Assembly: GCA_037447605.1 (NCBI GenBank) | Contig: CM074821.1 | Location: forward strand, 682,001 to 746,000 | Direction: 5' to 3' | DNA length: 64,000 nucleotides | Source: Zygnema circumcarinatum SAG 698-1b | Taxonomy: Eukaryota; Plantae; Zygnematophyceae | In this document: in pieces, positions 10,772-24,772 of the stretch | Position numbering within the stretch: the stretch's first letter is position 1 | Layout of the letters: each line of letters begins with the position of its first letter | The notes under the pieces: generated by a model | What the model saw: the letters and a program-made list of their open reading frames with translations, nothing else | Databases searched by the model: none | What the model was told of the DNA's origin: nothing | Program-made: the position numbers and the translations under genes

Positions 10772-13216
10772 ATGGCTGCCGCCACCGCGTCCTTCCGCGC
10801 CATGGCCATGGCGGGTCCCTCCTTGGAAGGTGGTCGGGGGGGAAGATACCAGCTGTCAGCGTCTCAGAGCGCGTTCCGAGGGGCGCGGGCGGGGCTGGAG
10901 TGGGCGGGGACAGACCAATGGCGTGAGACCTCGCGGCGGTTGAATGTGCAGAGTTTGCAGAAGAGTCTGGCGCCGCCGGAGGAGAGAAAGGCGCTCTATG
11001 CGACAGTGGAGAAGCTGGGACCGGTGGGATTACAGAGCCTCCCTCCCTCTATCTCCCTGTCTCCCTCTATCTCCCTCTATCTCCCTCTGTCTCCCTCTAC
11101 CTCCCTCTATTTCCCTCTATCTCCCCCTGTCTCCCTCTATCTCCCTCTATCTCCCTCTATCTCTCTCTGTCTCTAACTCTGTGTCTCGAGTCGCACTCGC
11201 TCTCTTCTCAATTACTCTTTCTCCTACTTTGTTCTGCTACCACCACGCCCCTCCCCCCTCTGTCGCCGTCTCGCTTATCCATCGTCTTGTTTTCCAACTC
11301 CCCCTCTCTCTCTACTACTTGTTCTCTATCTTCCATTTTCTCTCACTGTCCAATTCTCTCGGTTTCGTTCGCAATCTTTTCACTAAATGTGCATTATCTC
11401 CCCCTCTTTATGGGTTGCTGTATCTCTTCCCTCTCTCTCCGAGCTATCGCTCTCTCCGCCCTCTGAATCTCCTCTCTCTGATCTGTTGCTTCTCCTGTGA
11501 GGGATTTGTTCCTTTCCTGTTCCGCGATACTTTTCAATTCCCTTCCCGACCCACTCCATTTCAATTTTTTATTATTAGTATTACTATCGTTCATTTGATG
11601 CATGAATGCATGGCATGTCCACCTTATCTTGCTACGCATATGATGTATCTATAACATTGTTGTGGATGATCAACATATTGACATAATGTCCAGGAATTCC
11701 TCAGACATATCTATAATTGCACATATAATGTGCATCTAGTGAAGTGTAAGCGAGACAAGGAATACATTTCGAATCCTTTTGACGTACCATACTCGTCGTA
11801 AGTCAGTTCTAGTTCAACTTTTTAAGAGAATGGGAGCTATTTTGTCTGCTTTTCGGCGACATGCAGTGATCCTTATGAAGGTCTTTCGATTTCTTTTAGT
11901 TGACCTATTATACGTATGTACGTATGATTGTGTGTATTCACATTTGCTGCTTGGCTGTACATGGCAAAGTCTCTTGAAATGCTATTGTGAAAGCTCTCAT
12001 TTCTGTAAGCTAGCTGTTAGGGAAGGGCGGCAAGAGCATTCTGATGGGCTTTTAGTTTGCTGCTCGATGCTGTACGTAATGAGCGTGTACAGAACCGGCT
12101 CAGTCTAAAGTGCGTTGATTGTTTTGCCACTCGTAGGCAACATTACCTTATGCTCGTTAGTCTTCCGCTTCCGCTTTTCTCATCCCCCTCCATCCGCTTC
12201 CTAGATTAACTTCATCTCGAGTTTAGGACGGTTTGTTATGCATTCGAATTTTCGTCTGATCCTCCTTCCTCAACTCTGCATGGAAATGCAGTCTGCTGTG
12301 GAGAGCTCACATCGTTGAGTGACTTTCTCCTTTTTCTGCAGGATCTTTGGAACCGCACATATTATCCAAAGGAGGCAGATCATTTGAATATCGAGAAGCA
12401 GTGGTATATTGTGGATGCATCAAAGAAGCGTCTAGGCCGCCTTGCCTCAGCTATAGCCGTCCATATCCGTGGAAAGAATCTTTCAACTTATACGCCATCA
12501 GTTGACATGGGAGCATATGTGATTGTGGTGAGCAAACAGATCAATACCCCTCCAATACGTGCATTTTTTAAGTCCCTCCCCTGTACTTGAGCTGTCGTCT
12601 TTCCAATTATCAGATGATCGACGCTAGTCCGTTGACCGTGAAGGTCTTTGAAGTCTGCAGTAAACGACGTTTCTGACTTTTTTTCCAGCTGTGTCAGAGA
12701 TGGAAGGGCCTTGGAAAGGATGCGTGAATGTAAGCTGTTCTAGAGGATGGGTTGAGTGCAGGTGAATGCGGAGAAAGTAGAAGTGACTGGAGCGAAGAGA
12801 TTTCAGAAGAAGTACTACCGTCATTCCGGAAGGCCTGGAGGTATGACTGTGGAGACGTTTGACAAGTTGCAGATACGAATTCCAGAACGCATTGTGGAGC
12901 ATGCAGTCAGGGGCATGCTGCCCAAAGGCCGAGTAAGCAACAGAACCTAAAGCTCTAACCATTTTCTCCTTTCTTCTCAAGTACTAATCTCAGATCTGCT
13001 TACCTTTCCTCCTCTTTGGAGGAGCATGTCAGTTTGCATTCACTTGTTCCCTGTTGAGTCGTAGGCTTACGAACATCTTTGTGGGTTTTCGTCTTTCAGC
13101 TCGGAAGACAGCTGTTCACACATCTCAAAGTTTACAAGGGCGAGAGCCACCCTCACGAAGCTCAGAAGCCGATACCGCTGCCCCTTACCGACAAGCACAT
13201 AAACATTGTAGAGTAG
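10772..13216 (+). CDS. RPL13: Nuclear-encoded plastid 50S ribosomal protein L13 (uL13c) with transit peptide; exons 10772-11023, 12342-12527, 12762-12932, 13100-13216
   Basis: All introns are phase 0 GT-AG. Motifs [32 protein letters not shown]|[26 protein letters not shown]|[19 protein letters not shown]. Ala/Ser/Arg-rich N-terminal extension. Confidence 0.96.
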
Positions 13217-14604
13217 GCTGGGCATGCAAGTGTGCAGTCCATTCTTATCTTTAGGAGGCTCAACTTTTCTAAGGACAAATGGAAGAGAGTTTAGTAGCTG
13301 TGGCATTTTCCCCCACTTGCAGGAGGAGAACAGCAGGGTGGGTGTGAAGAGAATTCAAGATTATTTCCTCTTTGAATGCATTCAGTTAGAGGAGGAACTG
13401 GTGCCGTAGCAGAGGAACTGTTCTGTGTTGGGAACGCCGTTTGCGCAAGGTGGGAGGGAGGTAGCTGAGCTGTAATTCTCACTTCAATATTCAATGTTTG
13501 AATTGTTTTAACTAGTGTAATTATATATATCGTGTACTGACGGAAATCTGTTGGCAGTATTTTGCAGTTTTTATGTGACCACTGAATGGTTTCGTTTTAT
13601 TTTGTGTTCAAGTCGAAAGTATTTGCATGCTAGATTGTCTTACAGGATAGTGGCCAGGGTTATTAATTCCGTTTCGTTAACTTAGTTTCGCACTTCGGAT
13701 TGGTCGCATGTTTTTCGGGCAATTCTGAAATGTTTGACTCAATAATGTTTTTTTATCTTCTTTGCTGCGACTTTGCTAAATTGGTAAAGTAAAATCAGTT
13801 TTTTGAACACAAGGCTACTTTTGTGTTAGTTTATGGACAATCGACATCTTCTCGAATCAATCAACTGACAGCTTCGTCTATGAATCTTCAAAACCAAATC
13901 AGCATTATAGCTTTTATTGTGGTAAAAGTAAAAATCTGCCAGCCATTGGATTGCAATTTTAGGACGATCCAATGGTTGGGAACAACTGCAATGGTTGCCA
14001 GAGGGAGAAGACGGGAATGAGGGGGTGGTGAGGAGTGGGAAACCGGTGGATGGAGGAATAGGGGGGGGGGGGGGAGGGAGGGAGAGAGAGGCGGGATGGA
14101 GATGATGAGGAAGACGATGGGGAATGGGGAAAGGATCGAGGGAGGGAGAGAGACGAGGTAGGGGATAGTTTCTTCTAGTAGTAATTGGTTTTTTTTTTCA
14201 GTGTCAAAAGAAATATAAAACAAATCAGACTGTTGTTATAGAACGACAATAACGAAAAAACCATATTTTTTGTTTTATGACCAAAGAAATAATGAAACAA
14301 ACCAGAGATTTGTTCCATTAATAGAACAAAATCTGAAATTCAGTTGAGAGTGAGCAAAATCAAAACATCTTGAGTTCCTGGAGCTCCCCTACTGCCATAG
14401 CGAGGCCTACGCTTCTGGTCCCCCTACCAACAGAACGAAAAAAACGATATGCAAATCCTACCCCTACATGTCAACACTCCCAAATCCCAAACCCTAAAAA
14501 CCCCCAACCTCCAAATTCCTCCGCCGTGCACACTACAAACAGCCGCCTTCCCCTCCCCTCCCCTCCCTCCCTCCCTCCCTCCCTCCCTCCCTCCCTCCGC
14601 TCGT

Positions 14605-16162
14605 CTATTGGGAGGCGGTGTAGTACTTGATGCCGCGGCCGTTGAGGGGCTGAGGGGGGCGGTTGTTGGTGCGCATACCGTGCATTACCCCAGACACGAT
14701 GTTCATAAGAGCGATGGACTGCAGCAGAGACAGAAAAAAAAAACAAGAATAAATGTCAATATACGATGCTTCTTTCTCGATTCTTTTTGAAGGTTGGGAC
14801 ATTACGTACGAAATCAGCTTTCTGTAAAGTGGCAGATACATACATTCACGCCTTCGCTTTCATTTACAAAGTCAAACTTTCGCTAAGGTGAAGAGCGTTG
14901 CCGAGGTGAGGAAAGGTACTCAATTTGCAAAGGAAAAGGGAAATAGGGAGCTGGTCAGCACTGACCTGCTTGACAGAGATGTACTGGGGCCTGTTGAGGT
15001 AATGCCACGTCACTGTCTCCGTGCAGGGCGGCGTAGTGAGGGAGCCCGCGTACGTGTAAAAGCTGATGTCATTCTTGGACCCGCTCCGCAGGAAGAGGTC
15101 GCTCGGCCTGAAGGGAGCCGTCACGTTCACATCCCCCTTCGCGGTGGGGACGACACCCAAAAACCTGCACACACCCCCTCCTCAGAGCAGGAATCGTTAG
15201 CCCTAATCCTAACCATACGAGGGGGCTACAGGGGGTCCCATGGATTAGAAACAGGTACTCCAATAACTAACAAAAATGAAGTAACAATTAAAGCAAATAC
15301 AGCTATCTGGAACGTAATCGTCATAATTCGGATGCGTAGAAAAATTATTATGGATTTTAGAAGGAAAGCGGTTGGCGGAGAGGGGGGGGGGGAAGAAAGG
15401 GAAAGGGAGCTGACTTGTTGAGCCACGCGTTGTCCTTGTCCTGAGGGTGAATGCGGAGCTCTACTCCGATGACGGCGAGGGCCGTGGGGTCGTCCACTTT
15501 TGAGTGCACGAAGTGGCATTCCGCTGCGGAATACATTCCGTTGCGGGCGTGCTCCGAGAAGGCGTGGAAGTGGAACTGGAGGAGGGAGTACTGCCCGTCG
15601 AGCATGTTCGCGATGCTGGAGCTGCTGCCGACGGCCTTCACCTCTGGGGAGGGAGGGGAGAGGGAGGGGAGAGGGAGGGGAGAGGGAGGGTGAGGGAGGG
15701 TGNNNNNNNNNNGGGAGGGAGGGAGGGAGGGATGGAGGGAGGCTGGTCGAAGAGTGAGAGCTTACGGATGACTTTGCCGGTGTTAATGACGGAGTAGGTG
15801 GGCCACACCCCGTAGTTGACGCTGAAGTTGGCGAGCGCGCCGCCCTGGCAGGTGAGGCCCTTGGCGATGTTGATGGGCGACTGCCGCATGCCGGTGGCGC
15901 ACACGTCCTGCTCACTCGCTCGCACCCCGGCCGGTTAGGAAGAGGGAGAGAGGGAGGGAGAGAGGGAGGCTGAGCGAGAGGAGAGCCAATAGGAGGACCC
16001 CTTCACACGTAGCTGCTGCAAGACGCGATGGTTTGATTGGCAGAGAATGGGACTCACCGGCCAGTCCGTCCCTGAGAGCGCCCAGTCGTACTCACTGGCC
16101 ATGGCGGAGGTGGCGGTGAGGGCCAAGGCCAGGACCAGCACTAGCCCGCAGGAGGAGGCCAT
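14605..16162 (-). CDS. Secreted alpha-carbonic anhydrase A (262 aa); exons 16162-16058, 15907-15766, 15643-15415, 15164-14966, 14718-14605
   Basis: Signal-peptide-like MASSCGLVLVLALALTATSAMA; QSPINI; Zn ligands QFHFH and ECHFVH; SEH; GSLTTPPC; NNRPPQPLNGR. Intron phases 0/1/2/0 give a continuous frame. Confidence 0.95.
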
Positions 16163-17113
16163 GGCTGTAGCAGGGAATGAGCGGAGACCAGAGGGAGAGG
16201 AGGGAAGGACAGAAAGAGAGCGAGCGAGTGATCAAAGGAGAGAGAGACGGGGATTGGGAGGGTAGAAGGGAAACTGATCTTGTGTTCGATAGAGGGAGCG
16301 GAGCCGCTCTTACATGCGGGAGGGGAGAGCGTCCGTACACAGTCCGTACACGGTATGTACCGACACATCCTGAAGGGATTCCGGCTGTGTCCAGAAATGG
16401 AGACCATGTTGGTCCCCCCCAGCCGCGGCGCCACGTGGCATGTAAACGAGCGGCCACGTGGCATTTCCCCTTAAAGACAGTCTACGTGCAGCCAATGAAA
16501 TGACGAGGCCCACCCGCGGCCGTGATTGGTTGAGCCTGCGCCGTTTGTGGCCAATTCAAGTCTGCCACGTGGCAGATTGAAATCTGGGAAAGACCGTCCG
16601 TACTCCATTGACAGAGCAGTTCAGATCCTTTCACACGTGTATTCAATAAAAAATAGCCACGTGTGACAGTTTGGATTCGGACAGTCTCCCGTGCTGACGT
16701 GGTACCTCCACATTGGCAGAGCATGAAGGTAGACTTGACTTTGAGTGGAAGTCGCCCTTCCCCAGATGAAGACGAATGGGCGGCTGGGATGTCGCAACGT
16801 GGCAGTTCATTCCCTGTCGCGCGTGCGAACTCCTATCTTATCCAAACTCCTCCATTCCGATCGAGCCACGTGGCAGTACGGCGAGGGGCGGCACTTCGCT
16901 GCCATTTCGGCCCGCGGCCCCCCCGGGACGAGGATTCGAGGCAGCTGCGCCGCAACTATACGGACTCTGTACGGTCAGGGTACGGCCTTGTAAACCTGCC
17001 GTACAGTATTGTACGGCCGGGCTCGGCCCGGCGCGGTTTTATCTGCCGGGCCGCGGCTGGATAGTCAGTGTGCTATTTGCCTTCCTCTCTGCCTTCCTCC
17101 CTCCCTCGCACGC

Positions 17114-17161
<48 letters not shown>

Positions 17162-17196
17162 GCTTTGCCTCTCTCTCTCGCTCTCTGCCGGAAGCC
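16163..17196. promoter_or_regulatory. Shared bidirectional promoter of the two alpha-CA genes with G-box and GTAC clusters
   Basis: Perfect CACGTG at 16432, 16455, 16566, 16634, 16658 and 16867; ACGTG variants near 16482, 16696 and 16796; about 10 GTAC cores. CT-rich tracts lie just upstream of both ATGs. Confidence 0.7.
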
Positions 17197-19178
<1,982 letters not shown>

Positions 19179-20688
19179 GCGCAGCACTCGGGAGGTAGCC
19201 GGAGGGAGCTTCGAGATTGAAGTTTGCTTCCTTAGCAAGCACTTCTTGAGGTGGTTACTAGCTTCAGTAGATAGTTGTTTTGTTTTGAGTTAAATCGTTT
19301 TTGTAAAATAAAGTTCGGACGCAGGGAATACAATTGAAATGACCGACCCAAAATTTTGTTGTTGCTTGCGATGAATGTTTTGCTTTAAAAGCGTTGTCCA
19401 ACACTTGGTTATTTAAGTAAATTTCTATTCTTCTGATGCGACGAGCAGCTCCTATCGTCATCTTTGGCCGCTTTCTCCGTACTTTTTGTGAATTATGTCA
19501 AAGCTGCGAGCTGTTATCATTGTTGACTTGGTGTTGGATGATGAGACTTGGAAGGAAGACGAGGAAGAACTGTCTGAACATTGCTGAAATGTCTGCTGAA
19601 ATGTCGATCTTTTGATTTCCGACTTCACAATTACAACACTTCTCAACACTACTTGCCTGCTAGCGTTTTTATCTGTACCTCGAAACAGAACCACCTTCAT
19701 CACCTTCTTTCTTCTCTTCATTCTTCTTCTTCTTCACCTTCATCTTACTCTTCAAGGGGCAGAACCAGGTTGACCTCAATTCTGGATTCCTTTCCCCTTG
19801 TGCTTCGCAAAATGGGTCCTTTCTCAACCATGTCGTGTCTAGGATCAGCAGATGACAGCTCTGAAAGTGGCACAAACTATAAGAGAAAACCATTCATGTA
19901 CATGGGGACGAGAATGAACGAATATCACTAAAAAGCACTCTACCGGACATACTCGTTGACATTCCTCCCTACATGCCTTTTTATGACTTTTTTCAAAACC
20001 AGATTTGAGACCAACCTCCCCCATCATGAGCATGCAAATCCCTTACTGGGAAAGCTAATTCCACACCGCTCCAACACCTCCTTTCAGATCCTGATCCTGG
20101 TGGTAGCGGCAGAGCGGGTAATACTGGGCCGTATTCCAGTAGCCAATTTACGGCTTGTCCTGGCAAAGGCTACACTACGCTTGAGGTCGCTGCGCATTGA
20201 CATGCTGCTGATTACAGCAATGAAAAAACATGCAAAACAGTGCAATGGCTAGCCAATGATCCGACATGTGAAGTGTTTGCATGTAAATTGTATGTGGATT
20301 CGTCCAACTCCCATTTCATAACCTTTGATTAGAACATCTCATTGTCTCGTAGCCGGGGCGAGAATAGAAGAAGATGAACCAACCGGGAGATCGACCACTC
20401 ACAGATGTTGCAAAAAATGAGCACTTCGAGTTTTACAATGGCAAATCCTCCACTATCGTCACCAACTCCTCTCTAAGCTTACCATCATAAACCAATGGCA
20501 ATGAAAAGTATCTCAAAAGTTTATTCTACAGCGACTCAACAAATAGATTTAAAAGTTACTCTGGCTTAACTTCCTCATCGATCATGTGATGCTCCCGTTC
20601 AACACCTGCTTCTCCGTTACTGAACTGCAACCGGAACAGCAAGAGCCACATGGAACCTGAACACACTGGTTCAATGCTCTTCTAAACC

Positions 20689-23265
20689 TTACTTTACAGA
20701 AATAGTCGCGCTCTGCAGACCTGCCGCTTCAATTGTCTGCGAATCATCTGACAAGGGTTTGGGCGGGAAAGATGTGAGCAGCTGGAAATTGGGGGGAAGA
20801 ATTGGCTTCGATTTCCGGATAAACACCCGAATATCAGCAACTGTTTGGCTAAGGTTGAACTTTTCGATCAGCCGCGAACCATCTCCAAGTCGAATTTGTA
20901 TGGAAGTGGAGGGCTTAGACTCGTCAAATGGAGTCGATGGTGGGGCCGAATTCGCGGGTGGGGTCGAACTTGATGGTGGGGCCGAATTCAATGGTTGGAC
21001 CGAATTCAATGGTTGGGCCGAACTCGATGATGGCAACAAAGGAAATGGTTGAGGACGAGGATATAGCTGAGGGAACGGCGGGCGAGGGTATGGCTGAAGG
21101 TATGCATGGGGGAAGGGCCGAGCATATTGGGGAGCGTAAGCTTGAAGATATGCAGGAGGAAATGGCTGAGGGTATGCTTGAGGGTGCGGCTGAGGAAGCG
21201 GCTGAGGATGAGGATTAGACGTCGATGATTCACCTGCAGAATCGCAGAATAACTTAAGAAGGGTTCAGAAGGGGCATGTATACAGCCATGAACATGTATC
21301 TTATCTTCACAGTAACAATAACCTATCCCCTCCAGATCCTACTTGTAGATATCCCAGGTTTCCTCCATTATGCAATGAATAGAGTTACATTCCATGAACG
21401 AGTTTGGCAACAGGTCAACAAGTCACTAACACATATTGGACATCCATTTGATGTGTATTCAACACATCCACTTCCACTCCCACCTTCCATCCAAGAGAAC
21501 GAGCAGCTATTTGCAGATTGCATCTCCTTATGTGAACCTGCACTGGGAGCGGAGCATGTGGGTGAACCTCTTTGCAACTTAGGGAGAAAGTTCGCATACC
21601 CAGACGCCGTCCCTGCCCACTGAAGCTGGCGGTAATAGGAGGGTTGGTGTAGTGTTTCTGCACCATGGCCTTCAGCTCCGGCTCGTTAACACCCACCAGC
21701 TCCTCCACTTTTCGTCCTTCACTGTACACCTGGAAAGTGGGCAGCCCTCTCACACCGCACTCCATGGCCACATCCTGTACAAAACAAAGAAGTCATGAAG
21801 TGTTCGTCAACATAAAACAAACGACTTCAGGCAGGGAAAGAGTACAGGGTGCGCCATAGGAAAGTGAGAGAAGATAGAGGCAACACAAGCGATGGTTCTG
21901 TAGCTTCAAAACGACGAATAGTGCGACCCGGGAAGAGGGAAGGGGATGGGAAGTTAGGTTATCATGCGTTAAGAAGCAGTGGCAGTGGCTGCTAAACCAT
22001 ATGTGAAAGAGGTTAATACTCAGTTTGAACAATCCAAGATCTAGAAATTAGCTTTTAAGAGTGTGGTTTTGAGCATGGCTGCTACAACTAGTGCTATCAA
22101 TCCCTTTTCAATATTTGCAAATCCTAATACTGATAATCCTAAAGATAATCAAATTTTACACTGTAAACACCAACAGAGGCTTCGCAGAAGAAAGCTATGA
22201 CTTGAACTTAATGCCCAGCTGTAAAAACTCCATCAAATAATTAATTTATGAAAATTGAGGATGAACATTGACCCGTCGTGGAGGGCAATGGTAACGACGC
22301 TTCCATCTCTTTACAAAGCATAGTTCTTATTTCTCCTGGTGGTAAACTAGTTGTATTCAGCTGCAATCTCTTGAAAAAGAACAAGCAAGAGTATGTGACG
22401 GCACTCCTTGTACCGAAAATGCGCTATACACTTGCCCCACATCAGTCAAAGTGGGTTTTTTTAAATACTTAGGTTGTCTGAGGGGCAACAACAACAGCGG
22501 GATTGGAGGGTGCACGAAATCGAGAAGGGTTTGAATTCAAACCACCCACCGAAACCTCGTCGACATCAATTTTCAAAAAAATGGCATTTGGAAAAGCGGC
22601 GCTGAGAGCTTGGTATGCTGGTGCGATCGTCTTGCACGGCCCACACCAAGCGGCCGAAAAATCGACTACAAGCTGCACATGCATCCCCAAAAAACCCAAG
22701 AAAGAACGATGTGCTTACAACACACGCTAAAACGTTCCGAAAATTGGCCAGTAGAGCAGAGAGAAGAAAATGCCAACCGTATGATCAAGAAATATGACCT
22801 ATGTGGGATAAGTATGCGTATTCGCCCAGGTATGGCAGACAGATGGATGGACATTGGAAAGGAGAAACATGCCTTGAGAAAACTCCAAACGACAGTTAAC
22901 TAACCAAAGGAATCTGCTTCACCTAGACCAGTGCTTGCAGCTGACCCTGCAAATCACTTGATTCCGCTTCCTTAATTTCCGCGACGACAACCCATTTAAT
23001 TCAAACATTGCAATGCATTTTGTCCTGCATAATTGAAGATTTAGGACAGCAGTTGACATTTCTGTACGCATAATTCTATGCTTATGAAAATAGAATGCAT
23101 GGATGCACGTCACACTGACCACGTGCATACGATACCTCGCATGAATGCTGGGAAGTACCCTGAGGGGGGTTGAGAGCTCACAATCTTCTTGCTGGCGACC
23201 GCCTGACTGTGGTGCCTGTCCCAATCCCCACGCGACTGCACCTCGACGATGCTCCCGCCGGCCAT
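20689..23265 (-). CDS. Thioredoxin (WCGPC) - SHP box - Pro/Gln-rich linker - UBX fusion protein (~308 aa); exons 23265-23182, 22672-22550 (or 22556), 21774-21600, 21233-20689
   Basis: Trx: [41 protein letters not shown]. Exon 3 runs without a stop into FSGQGRRLG (SHP). A phase-1 GT-AG intron joins exon 4, which ends in [50 protein letters not shown] (p47-type UBX). Confidence 0.88.
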
Positions 23266-23277
23266 GGCGTGCATAGG

Positions 23278-23300
23278 AAACCCTAATTTTGGAAACCCTA
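23278..23300. promoter_or_regulatory. Two telo-boxes (AAACCCTA) in a 15-bp tandem duplication just upstream of the Trx-UBX ATG
   Basis: GGAAACCCTAATTTT occurs twice; AAACCCTA at 23278 and 23293. Confidence 0.5.
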
Positions 23301-23666
23301 ATTTTGAAGGAGGCAGCAGGAGAGGAAAGGGTGCCACGGAGCGATGACCTGCCAAGCGGGTGCCTCTATTGCGTCCTTAGGGCCTGGTATTATCCAATCG
23401 CTGTTCGCCACGTGTTCATTCTCTACACGTGACGAACACGCATTGGTCCCTGTCGCCTGTTCGGACTAAATCGGACCAGGTTCCAATAGGGGGTCTCAGA
23501 CTTAAAAAACGATTACCAATTACCAAGCTGTACGATTACCAAGTTTTCGAGTCAACTTCACCAGTCTCGCGCCCCCCGAACGTAACCGTGATCGTGACAC
23601 GACGTGACTTTATCACCACTCCGCATTTGCCGGTATGACCAATTTCCAAAGGCGCGNNNNNNNNNN

Positions 23667-24762
23667 CAAGCTTCCATCCTGCCCCCTCTTCAGCTGCATT
23701 CCCAGCAGATACTGCGCCTCTCCCAGATCTGACATTTTGAAATTTGCCTGAAGCAACTCTTTCAAAGATCTGATTCTTTCAAGGGAGAGGCTCACCATGA
23801 TCAGATCGTCCACATAGATTCCTACGAACATGATGTCTGCCCCCTCTCCTTGAAGGTACATCGAATGATCTATTTCGAATCTCACAAAATCATTCCTCCT
23901 CAAAAGATCATCGATCTTTTCGTACTACACTCTCGGCACCTGCTTCAAGCCGTACAGGCTCTTCACTAGTCAACAGACTAGGTGCTCCTTCTCGGGGACG
24001 ACCTTCCCCTCCGGCTGCTCCATGTAAATCTCTTCTATGAGATCACCATACAGAAATGTCGTCTTGATGTCCAATTGATGGACGTGCATTCCTTCAGCCG
24101 CTGCAATGGAAATCAAGGCTCTCAAGGAATTGAACTTTACCACCGGAGCGAATGTCTCCATGTAGTCAATCCCATATTGCTGGCCGTATCCTTTCGCCAC
24201 TAATCGCGCCTTGTACCTATCCACGCTTCCGTCTGCCTTCCTCTTGACTTTGAAGACCCACTTGCAGCCGATAGCTCGCCTCCCTTGAGGCAGCTCCTCC
24301 AATCTCCACGTGTCGTTCTCGATCAGGCTGTCCCATTCGCTAGCAATCGCAACCCGCCACTTATCGCCATCGACTCCGTCGTGCGCCTCCTCGAAGGTCT
24401 GTGGCTCGGTAATCATGAAACAGTGGGCAACTCCCACAAGGTCAGCTGAATCTGATGGCACCCTCTCTTGGATCAGATTGTTACCAGGCGAGAACCGATC
24501 TGGTCGCCTCGTATCTCGGCCGCTCCTCCGGATTGTCTTCGCGCTTCGGCCTCTCGGGTAGAAGTAGAGTCCGGGAACAAATCCTGGGGGCATGTTTGCT
24601 AACATTGCCTCCCTCTCGGCCACCTCAAGATCCTCTGAATCTTGCGCGTGAAGCGGGACCGTCTCCACTGAGTTCTCCTCTTCACCTCCGCTGAACTTTG
24701 CGGCTCCTCCGCATGCGCCTCCATAGGCGTCTCTCCAACATCAGCCGGCTCGCTCATCGCTG
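23667..24762 (-). pseudogene. Ty1/copia reverse transcriptase fragment with in-frame stops
   Basis: EPQTFEEA, SLIENDTW, AIGCKWVFKVK, RYKARLVAKGY, ETFAPV, HQLDIKTTFLYG, KSLYGLKQ, IYVDDL, MSDLGE. In-frame TGA at 23970-72 and a TAG soon after. Confidence 0.93.
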
Positions 24763-24772
24763 NNNNNNNNNN

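Noticed and set aside
19458-20252. Several short ORFs between the convergent CA-B and Trx-UBX 3' ends
   Set aside because: Stops in all frames, no recognisable motifs and no phase-consistent exon chain.
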